A DNA stretch of 32,000 bases from an uncultured Erysipelotrichaceae bacterium. GTDB lineage: Bacteria; Bacillota_I; Bacilli_A; Erysipelotrichales; Erysipelotrichaceae. Made by a program: the position numbers and the translations under genes. The notes under the pieces are model-generated. The model saw nothing but the letters and a program-made list of their open reading frames with translations, had not been told where the DNA came from and ran no database searches. Below, one piece after another: positions 18,270-25,312 of the stretch. The DNA lies in assembly GCA_942493105.1 (NCBI GenBank), contig OW818668.1, positions 1,170,001-1,202,000 on the forward strand. Reading direction: 5' to 3'. Positions within the stretch are counted from its first letter, which is position 1. The number at the start of each line of letters is the position of its first letter.

Positions 18270-18285
18270 GGGCGGTTTTCCGCCC
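18270..18285 (+). other. All-GC 6-bp stem / UUUU tetraloop hairpin between the EIIBC and EIIA genes
   Basis: GGGCGG-TTTT-CCGCCC, with no following T-run. It is embedded in otherwise AT-rich DNA. Confidence 0.6.
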
Positions 18286-18294
18286 TTAACCCCC

Positions 18295-18765
18295 ATGAAC
18301 TTTTTTAAACATAACGATCTCAACATTTATAGTCCACTTCAAGGACAAGTAATCTCATTGAATCAAGTTAAAGACGAGATGTTTTCTCAGGCCATGATGG
18401 GTCCTGGTATCGCGATTATGCCAGAAAACGGAAGAGTTTTTGCTCCCTTTGATGGACAAGTCAAGTTTGTGTTTCCTACGAAACATGCGATTGGTTTAGT
18501 CAGCTCTTCAGGTGTCGAACTTTTGATTCATATGGGTATCGATACCGTTCAACTTGAAGGTCAACACTTTACAGTATTGATCAAAGATAAACAGAAAATA
18601 AAAAAGGGTCAAGAGATTGCTCGCTTCGATTTGGAAGCTCTTGTATTAAAACAGATTGATCCAACGGTCATCTTGGTTTTGACAGATAGTGTGGGTTTAA
18701 CTTTAGAATATTGTGAGACCGTACATGTTGAAACAGGAGACCTATTAATTAAGGTTACTCGCTAA
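18295..18765 (+). CDS. PTS glucose-family EIIA component
   Basis: 156 aa. VKDEMFSQAMMGPGIAIMP and ELLIHMGIDTV (phosphorylatable His) motifs. No SD upstream. Confidence 0.88.
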   Translation: MNFFKHNDLNIYSPLQGQVISLNQVKDEMFSQAMMGPGIAIMPENGRVFAPFDGQVKFVFPTKHAIGLVSSSGVELLIHMGIDTVQLEGQHFTVLIKDKQKIKKGQEIARFDLEALVLKQIDPTVILVLTDSVGLTLEYCETVHVETGDLLIKVTR

Positions 18766-18790
18766 AGAAATTTATTATATATTTAATAAA

Positions 18791-18815
18791 AAATGAACCT
18801 TTCGGTTCATTTTTC
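18791..18815. terminator. Bidirectional intrinsic terminator shared by the convergent EIIA and pilT-like genes
   Basis: AAAAATGAACC-TTTC-GGTTCATTTTT. The 3' arm overlaps the stop of the minus-strand ATPase gene at 18807..18809. Confidence 0.8.
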
Positions 18816-19880
18816 ATGAGTTTCAGCAAGTCTCTTTTTAACCAATACTGGATCAAAGCTATGAATAATGGCTTCCTTAGCATCTATCTTTTTATCTTTG
18901 ACCATAGAGATCAACATCGTATCCATAGAAATCATGCCTTCATTGACCGATGAAGAAATCGCATTCATCAATTGATGGGTCTTGCCTTCACGAATCAAAT
19001 TCTTGATTGCAGGAGTAGAATTCATCACCTCAAAGACAGGAATCAGATTGCCTTCTTTATCTTGGACCAATTGTTGGGATATGACGGCTTGCAGGGTCAT
19101 CGACAATTGGACTCTGACTTGTTGTTGCTGAGCAGGCGGAAAGACATCGATGATGCGATCAACAGTATTGGCTGCACCTAAAGTATGCAAAGTTGAGAAA
19201 ACCAAGTGACCTGTTTCAGCAGCCGTAATGGCTAATGATATGGTATCTAGATCGCGCATTTCTCCTACAAACAAGACGTCTGGAGCTTGTCTAAGCGCTG
19301 CTTTTAAAGCTGAGGATGTTGATGTGCAATCGGTCCCAATCTCACGCTGTGAGACCACGGATAGGTTGTGGGTGTATAAGAATTCTATAGGGTCTTCAAT
19401 GGTAACGATGTGGGCTTCTCTGGTTTGATTGATCTTATCGATCAAGGTCGCAACAGTGGATGATTTACCGCTTCCAGCTGGACCACTGATGATGACCAAA
19501 CCTTTTCTCATGTCTGCGAATTTTGTGATTTCTTTAGGGATGTGCAGTTCTTCCGCATTGGGAATCTGAAATTTTACGATTCTTAAGACAGCGGCTAATG
19601 AACCTCTTTGACGATAAACATTGACTCTAAAACGAGCCACTTGTGGGATCGAAAACGAGAAATCATCATCGCCTTGAAGAGATAATGATTCTTTAGTATT
19701 ACGATGAGCTAAGACATAGATCTCATTGATGAGATTCTCACTTACGATAGGGACTGTTTTTTCTTGATTCAAAGGGGTCAAACGATTGTTGACTTTGATC
19801 TCAATGGGACAGCCCGCAACGATGAAGATGTCTGAGGCTTTGGCACTGATGGCGCTTTGGATGATTTCTTGGATGTTCAT
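18807..19880 (-). CDS. pilT: PilT-type (retraction-class) type IV filament ATPase
   Basis: 357 aa. Walker A GPAGSGKSST, Walker B VLFVGEMRD. PilT-signature blocks AAETGHLVFSTLHTLGAANTVDRIIDVFP and AIKNLIREGKTHQ. No GspE-N or zinc-finger domains. Confidence 0.8.
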   Translation of the reverse strand: MNIQEIIQSAISAKASDIFIVAGCPIEIKVNNRLTPLNQEKTVPIVSENLINEIYVLAHRNTKESLSLQGDDDFSFSIPQVARFRVNVYRQRGSLAAVLRIVKFQIPNAEELHIPKEITKFADMRKGLVIISGPAGSGKSSTVATLIDKINQTREAHIVTIEDPIEFLYTHNLSVVSQREIGTDCTSTSSALKAALRQAPDVLFVGEMRDLDTISLAITAAETGHLVFSTLHTLGAANTVDRIIDVFPPAQQQQVRVQLSMTLQAVISQQLVQDKEGNLIPVFEVMNSTPAIKNLIREGKTHQLMNAISSSVNEGMISMDTMLISMVKDKKIDAKEAIIHSFDPVLVKKRLAETHEK

Positions 19881-20356
19881 TGGGGGCCTTTCCAGATCGG
19901 ATCTCCATCAAGGGAGTAATCCTGATCGTTCTCTATGGTTAAGATTTGACCCAGAAGGGTAAAATCTGAAGAACTGTGAGTAGTTGAAATTCTGACTTTG
20001 ATCGTAACTGAATATGGACCTGATTTATTTGAGAAAGAGAAAGTATAAGGATCTTCACCGATCACTAATTCTGGATGATTTTGATAAAAGGCTTGGATCG
20101 AAGGATTCAAATCATTTCCAATCGGTAAGAAATCATTGATCTGATCAAACTCAGATTTAAGCTTCTGATACATCGTCAAACTTAAAGCTTGAGCTTCAGT
20201 GCTGCCTTCAAGTAAAGTTAAACTTCGTTTAAGTCCTTTATTGTCGGCATTGGCACTAACTAAGGATAGGCTTGCAAATCCTAAAACACTCAAGACAATC
20301 AAGACAGTCAAAATGGTAGGTAAACCAAAGACTGTATTTAATGATTCTTTTCTCAT
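19877..20356 (-). CDS. Small bitopic protein, possibly a ComGG/PilX_N-like minor pseudopilin
   Basis: 159 aa. N-terminus MRKESLNTVFG-LPTILTVLIVLSVLG (Gly followed by a hydrophobic helix, no Glu5). ATGA overlaps at both ends. Confidence 0.4.
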   Translation of the reverse strand: MRKESLNTVFGLPTILTVLIVLSVLGFASLSLVSANADNKGLKRSLTLLEGSTEAQALSLTMYQKLKSEFDQINDFLPIGNDLNPSIQAFYQNHPELVIGEDPYTFSFSNKSGPYSVTIKVRISTTHSSSDFTLLGQILTIENDQDYSLDGDPIWKGPQ

Positions 20357-20742
20357 TGAGGCAACTCTGAAAGTGCACTGACTTTCATGTGGAATACGAT
20401 TTGACCCGATTTATTTTTTAAACTCAGATCAGCTTTGTTTAAGCCCTCTGTTTGTGTTAAGGTAATGATCATCGTATAGTGTACATCACTTGTGTTGGCT
20501 TCACCATGAGCATCATATGTCGTTGTGAACGATGGCGACATGTTGGCCCAATCTTGATTGGGTTGACGTAAGGACTCTGCCTGTATGACCATGAGTTCTG
20601 AAAGCTTTCTTAAGGCCATGGTTTCTGTATGGATCGTAGCTGCCTTGGTAAACATTGAAAAGGCAACCACTAAGGCTACACTTAAGATAATAAGACTTAA
20701 GGTAAACTCAAGCAAGAAAAAGTGCAATTGTTTATTTTTCAT
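20353..20742 (-). CDS. Small bitopic protein with a degenerate prepilin-like N-terminus
   Basis: 129 aa. In MKNKQLH-FFLLEFTLSLIIL, Phe+1 and Glu+5 are possible but His replaces the canonical Gly at -1. Confidence 0.4.
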   Translation of the reverse strand: MKNKQLHFFLLEFTLSLIILSVALVVAFSMFTKAATIHTETMALRKLSELMVIQAESLRQPNQDWANMSPSFTTTYDAHGEANTSDVHYTMIITLTQTEGLNKADLSLKNKSGQIVFHMKVSALSELPQ

Positions 20743-21200
20743 GAGGAAGCACCTGAAGCCATCACAGTGTAGGTGAACTGAACGGTCTTGCCTTCTAGAT
20801 CGGTATATTGAATGATGATCTTATGGGTTTGAAGCGTAAAACTAAGATTTTTAAGCGGCAATATTTTCTGTGCTTCTAAAGGTTGGATCAGGGCTGTCTC
20901 TGAGCTTTGTTCAAGCAGGTATCCGTCCACTTCATATACTAAAGTATAATAATCATCTTGTTTAAAACATAAAGCTTGGATATGTCCAGAGCTAATGACT
21001 GTGATCTGATCTTGTCCATCATGCTGTTTGATGCGATTGTTGAAGTAAAGAAGGGCACTGTGACGATTTAAACTGAGTTCATTATCTTTGACCATGGTGG
21101 TGTAAAATTGAGCACCATAAAGCACCACAAAGCCTGAGCCACCTAAAAACAAGGTAATCAAAGATAAAATGATCAGGTTTTTAAAGGATGTTCGTTTCAT
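20739..21200 (-). CDS. Small bitopic protein (ComGF-like or PilN/O-like candidate)
   Basis: 153 aa. MKRTS-FKNLIILSLITLFLGG N-terminal helix followed by a beta-rich domain. No canonical G-FTLxE motif. Confidence 0.35.
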   Translation of the reverse strand: MKRTSFKNLIILSLITLFLGGSGFVVLYGAQFYTTMVKDNELSLNRHSALLYFNNRIKQHDGQDQITVISSGHIQALCFKQDDYYTLVYEVDGYLLEQSSETALIQPLEAQKILPLKNLSFTLQTHKIIIQYTDLEGKTVQFTYTVMASGASS

Positions 21201-21487
21201 TGCGGATCCCTCAGATAAACACTCACATCAGGTCGTATATTGGCTCCAATCGTTTTATAGTACACAAAGTATTGATCAGAACTGATCTGTATCCCATAGT
21301 GCTCAATCAAATAGTCCAGTTGCGCCGGATAAAAGCCTTCTTGGGCATAACATAGATTTAAAGCCCTTTGAATCGCATTTTCGACTTGTATGCGACGTTC
21401 TTCTTGAGTTGATCTTTGGATCATGGATGAAAAGAACCAAAGACTCAAGATGACCAAAGGAATCAATAACCAGCGTAGGATCTTCAT
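21197..21487 (-). CDS. 96-aa ComGC-sized pilin-like protein lacking a class III signal peptide
   Basis: An N-terminal TM (WLLIPLVILSLWFF) is followed by an amphipathic helix and then ..AQEGFYPAQLDYLIEHYGI... That segment resembles the G-x-Y/T-P-x-x-L-x-x-L segment of ComGC/GspG pilins. It occupies the comGC position after the platform gene. Confidence 0.4.
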   Translation of the reverse strand: MKILRWLLIPLVILSLWFFSSMIQRSTQEERRIQVENAIQRALNLCYAQEGFYPAQLDYLIEHYGIQISSDQYFVYYKTIGANIRPDVSVYLRDPQ

Positions 21488-21488
21488 A

Positions 21489-22514
21489 TTAACCCAAAGA
21501 ACTCATGATTCCAATGAGTGGAATGATCAAAGAGAAAAGGACTAAGGCAACAAACCCAGTCAATGTGAGAATCAAGATCGGTTCAACTTTATTCAATAAG
21601 GCTGTTAAACTGCTTTCAGAATCTTCCTGTGTTTTCTTTGAGACATGTTCCATGACTTCATCTGTTTTACCTGTTTTATACGCTATGGTCAATGTGTTTT
21701 GAAGCAAAGGAGGATAAATACTGGTGTTGACTAAAAGGTCGTATAAACCTTGAGAAGGGCTCAGATCTTTGATTTTAGCATCAAGCTTATCTTTGAGTTG
21801 CCCTGCAGGAACTTGTGCCATCGCAAGTGCCATGGCTTCTTGCTGTTGAATCCCGGCTCTTAAAACCAATTGACTGATGAAACTAAAACGAGCCAAGTCT
21901 GCTTTATATTTTCTGGATGGGAACAAACGTAATACTTTATCGCCTAAATCAACAGGGGTCTTATTGAGTCTACCTTTAATGAGTGTAAATACAATGATGA
22001 CAATGATACTGATCAAGGCACCTAAAGCGATGATCACAAAGCCTTTAGAGATCAATAGGAGCATTTGGATCCAAGCATCAAGGGAACCACCTAAGCTTTC
22101 ATATACATCTTGAAAGACAGGGATGACCACAAAGGTCAACACAGCCATCACCAAAATCAAAATGGTCATCAACATCAACGGCATGATCATGATGTCTTTT
22201 AAGAAAGATTTTGTTTCAGCTTGTCTTTGGTAATAATGAGCCAAATGGGTTGATACAGAAGCTTCTTGACCAATGGTTTCAGCTGCTCTCATGGCTAAAA
22301 CTGCTTCTTTTGGAAAGCGAGGATCTTGTGCCATCGCTAAGGAAAGTTTACCTGTTTCTCTTAAGTTTTCTTTTAGCTGTTTAAGATCGATTTGATCCGC
22401 TGTATCTAGAAACCCCAGGCCTTCTCTTAAATCCATCCCAGACTCATAAATCAGTGCCACTTGGGTACTAAAGAGACTTAAGGATTCCTCATCATAACTT
22501 GTGTTTTTTTTCAT
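21489..22514 (-). CDS. Type II secretion / type IV pilus platform protein (GspF/PilC/ComGB family)
   Basis: Two T2SSF-like repeats (..LIYESGMDLREGL...RFPKEAVLAMRAAETIG.. and ..LVLRAGIQQQEAM...IYPPLLQNTLTIAYKTG..) with 3 TM segments. The start is set at the ATG at 22514 (SD AAAGGAG 5 nt upstream), not the TTG at 22529. Confidence 0.8.
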   Translation of the reverse strand: MKKNTSYDEESLSLFSTQVALIYESGMDLREGLGFLDTADQIDLKQLKENLRETGKLSLAMAQDPRFPKEAVLAMRAAETIGQEASVSTHLAHYYQRQAETKSFLKDIMIMPLMLMTILILVMAVLTFVVIPVFQDVYESLGGSLDAWIQMLLLISKGFVIIALGALISIIVIIVFTLIKGRLNKTPVDLGDKVLRLFPSRKYKADLARFSFISQLVLRAGIQQQEAMALAMAQVPAGQLKDKLDAKIKDLSPSQGLYDLLVNTSIYPPLLQNTLTIAYKTGKTDEVMEHVSKKTQEDSESSLTALLNKVEPILILTLTGFVALVLFSLIIPLIGIMSSLG

Positions 22515-22525
22515 ACGATCTCCTT

Positions 22526-23440
22526 TCAATAGAAGAGCTTTTCTTGATATTTTCCAAAATAAGGACCTTGAGCATCAAAGGTAGGGTCAATTCTTTTCCA
22601 GGTTTCTTTTTCAAAATAAATCGAAGGATTGATCCATCCGATCCCATCGATATATGTTTCTACCCAAGCATGATAACCAGGATCTGTATATCCTGTAACC
22701 ACTTTGGTTGGGATATGCTGTACCCGAAGCATCGCTGTCATCAGGGCTGCATAATCGAAACAAATCCCTTTTTGTTTGGTATAGGCATCATCAAGATCGG
22801 GTATCATAAATGTTGTTAAGGCTTCTTTGACTTTATCATAATCATAATCGATGTTGGTGACGATGTATTTATATACAGCATAAACTCTTTCAAGCTGACT
22901 CTTAGAGTCTTTGGTCAATTCAAAGGATTTTCGAACGGCCAAGGTCTCTTTATCATAATCGACGATTTGATTGGGATACAGATAGATGCTGAGTTCATCA
23001 GTCAAATTTGCGGTGATTTCTATTGATGCGGTCACACTGTAGGCATTATCAACTTTTTGTTTCAAAGTTCGAATTGTATACGTTCCTGAACCTTTCATAA
23101 GGGGTAAGATGGTGAATTTGTTTTCAAATACACTATAGGTATAAATCAAATCGCCCTGTATGACCTGAACCTTCTTGGTGTTTTCGTCATTTGGACCTTT
23201 AACGCAGACATAACCTTGTGCTTTATTTGAATAGTCGATCAGGTATCCGTTTTTTTCAAAAACTGTTTTTTGTGGACAAGAAGGCAACAAAATTTCATCG
23301 ATTGTATATTGTTTACTGATGGGGCCTTCAGTGGGATATTTTCTGAATGGATTATAGAATTGAAGAACGATAAAAGAGCCAAGCCCTAAAACTAGGGCTA
23401 CGATAAGAATGACAATGATGATGCGACCACGTTTAGTCAT
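22526..23440 (-). CDS. Membrane-anchored transglutaminase-like (papain-fold Cys-His-Asp) protein
   Basis: Single N-terminal TM (RIIIVILIVALVLGLGSFIVL). C-terminal core KGICFDYAALMTAML...GYHAWVETY...RIDPT. The start is set at the ATG at 23440 with GGAG 8 nt upstream. The upstream extension in the ORF track contains the promoter -10. Confidence 0.75.
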   Translation of the reverse strand: MTKRGRIIIVILIVALVLGLGSFIVLQFYNPFRKYPTEGPISKQYTIDEILLPSCPQKTVFEKNGYLIDYSNKAQGYVCVKGPNDENTKKVQVIQGDLIYTYSVFENKFTILPLMKGSGTYTIRTLKQKVDNAYSVTASIEITANLTDELSIYLYPNQIVDYDKETLAVRKSFELTKDSKSQLERVYAVYKYIVTNIDYDYDKVKEALTTFMIPDLDDAYTKQKGICFDYAALMTAMLRVQHIPTKVVTGYTDPGYHAWVETYIDGIGWINPSIYFEKETWKRIDPTFDAQGPYFGKYQEKLFY

Positions 23441-23468
23441 TAAACCGGCTCCTATTTTTCTGTTTTCA

Positions 23469-23477
23469 TTATAACAC
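23469..23477 (-). promoter_or_regulatory. Extended -10 promoter (TGTTATAAT) of the filament-like operon
   Basis: The minus strand reads TGTTATAAT, 28 nt upstream of the ATG at 23440. No good -35 hexamer is present. Confidence 0.45.
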
Positions 23478-23575
23478 AATGAAATAAACTCAAGCTTGTT
23501 GTACCTTTAGTAAACAATCAATATATTTCTTTATTTATAAGGACTTAAGCGAGGTCATTTGATATAATATTGGCT

Positions 23576-24835
23576 ATGAAATCATCTGTACTAAAAGCAC
23601 TTAAAGCCATTTCGACTCATCATTATGTCCATGCATTACAAAAGTCTTTGATGTCGGTTGTCGGAGTCAGTTTTATCGCAGGATTACTGTTGATCATTCA
23701 AAACCCACCTGTTTCAAGCATCAGCAATGGTGAATTCATTCGTGTTGATTGGGTCAACTTTGCTGCAGATAATGCTGGTCTTTTAAGTCTTGGTGTCCAA
23801 ATGACTTTAGGCATGATCGGATTGTACACATTGATTGCCTTCATCATACATCTGGCTCATCATTATAAAATGAATCCTTTTCATCCGGTTTTATCAGGTG
23901 TCAGTGCTTATTTGATTTTATCTGTGGGTTTTGTGGTCCAAGGATCAGGCCTTGATCTTGATCTGAAATATTTGGGATATTCTGGGATTTTTGGAGCTTT
24001 TATATTAGGGATCTTGGTGGTTGAGGTATCACGCTTATCAATCTATGTGAGATCGAAAATAAACATAAAGTCTGAAGTTTCAAGTCACTTGATTCAACCC
24101 TTGGAATCTTCATTAAGTACTTTGCTGATAATATTGTTTGCACTTGCCTTAAGATTTTGGTTTCAGCAACAAAATATTCTTTTGCCAGATTTGATTTTAA
24201 AAGCAATTTTACCACTACTTAAGGAATCTAATACGCTATGGTTTGTAATGGGAGTCATATTGTTCAGTAAATTATTATGGTTTGTCGGACTAAATGGAAA
24301 CAGCTTGATTTTGGTCAGTTTGATTCCTTTGATGTTGATCAATAATGCTCAAAACCTTGTTGCTTATCAAAATGATATGGCGATTCCGTATATTATATCA
24401 ACGGGTTTTCTTTTCTTTGAATTGGGTGTCTTACCTTTAGCGACAGCGATTTTGCTTTTCTCAAAAAATAAGCAACAAAAAGGAAGTGCCAGGTTAGGGA
24501 TACTGCCCGCTTTATTCAATTTCCAAGAAACGATATTAACCGGTTTACCTTTAACTTTTAATGTTAATTATTTGATTCCCTACCTATTGACCAGTGTGTT
24601 ATCTCTTTCGGTATCTTATCTTGCAATGGCAAACTTTCTTATCAGTAAACCGTTATTTGCGATGTCCTTTGCTTTACCAGGTTTTCTTGGGGCTTTCTTG
24701 AGCACGATGGATTGGAAAGCCATCGTTTTATGGATGCTTCTGTATGGGCTATGTACCTTGATTTATTGGCCATTTATTCGCGAAATTGAAAGAATAGAAC
24801 CAGCGGTTCAAGATGAGCATTTGAATAATACTTAG
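23576..24835 (+). CDS. PTS lactose/cellobiose-family EIIC permease
   Basis: About 419 aa polytopic protein. The N-terminus ..HYVHALQKSLMSVVGVSFIAGLLLIIQNPP resembles the conserved ChbC/CelB-type EIIC start. The ATG at 23576 is preferred over the TTG at 23570. Confidence 0.75.
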   Translation: MKSSVLKALKAISTHHYVHALQKSLMSVVGVSFIAGLLLIIQNPPVSSISNGEFIRVDWVNFAADNAGLLSLGVQMTLGMIGLYTLIAFIIHLAHHYKMNPFHPVLSGVSAYLILSVGFVVQGSGLDLDLKYLGYSGIFGAFILGILVVEVSRLSIYVRSKINIKSEVSSHLIQPLESSLSTLLIILFALALRFWFQQQNILLPDLILKAILPLLKESNTLWFVMGVILFSKLLWFVGLNGNSLILVSLIPLMLINNAQNLVAYQNDMAIPYIISTGFLFFELGVLPLATAILLFSKNKQQKGSARLGILPALFNFQETILTGLPLTFNVNYLIPYLLTSVLSLSVSYLAMANFLISKPLFAMSFALPGFLGAFLSTMDWKAIVLWMLLYGLCTLIYWPFIREIERIEPAVQDEHLNNT

Positions 24836-24871
24836 AATATCTTGTGATACACTATAGATAGAGGTAAAATT

Positions 24872-25300
24872 ATGGAACATTGGTTTTGGATCATCATTGC
24901 CTTGGCGACACTAGGGCTTGAGATTGCGACCGTTGGGACTTTGGTTTCAATATGGTTTTCACTTGGTGCTTTTGCAGCATATATCGCATATTTGATTAAT
25001 TTGGATTTCTTTGCCCAATCGATGATTTTCTTGGTGGTCAGCCTTGTTGCTTTCTTGACCATTAGACCATTGGTAAGGCGCTATTTTACAGTTAAACAAC
25101 AACCCACCAATGCGGATCGATATATTGGACAAAAAGTTACTGTTACTGAAGCAGTTTCCACTGAACATTGGGGTGCAGTCGTTATTCAAGGCGTTCGTTG
25201 GAGCATTCGTGAAGTTAAGAATCAATCGGTCAATGTTGGAGAGACCGTTGAAATCGTAGCCCTTGAAGGGGCAAAGTTATTGGTCAAAAAGGTCCAATAG
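24872..25300 (+). CDS. NfeD-family membrane protein
   Basis: 142 aa. Hydrophobic N-terminal half plus a C-terminal OB-like domain (..GQKVTVTEA....GAVVIQGVRWSIR...G..VEIVALEGAKLLVKK). It lies upstream of an SPFH gene. Confidence 0.8.
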   Translation: MEHWFWIIIALATLGLEIATVGTLVSIWFSLGAFAAYIAYLINLDFFAQSMIFLVVSLVAFLTIRPLVRRYFTVKQQPTNADRYIGQKVTVTEAVSTEHWGAVVIQGVRWSIREVKNQSVNVGETVEIVALEGAKLLVKKVQ

Positions 25301-25312
25301 GAAAAGGAACAT

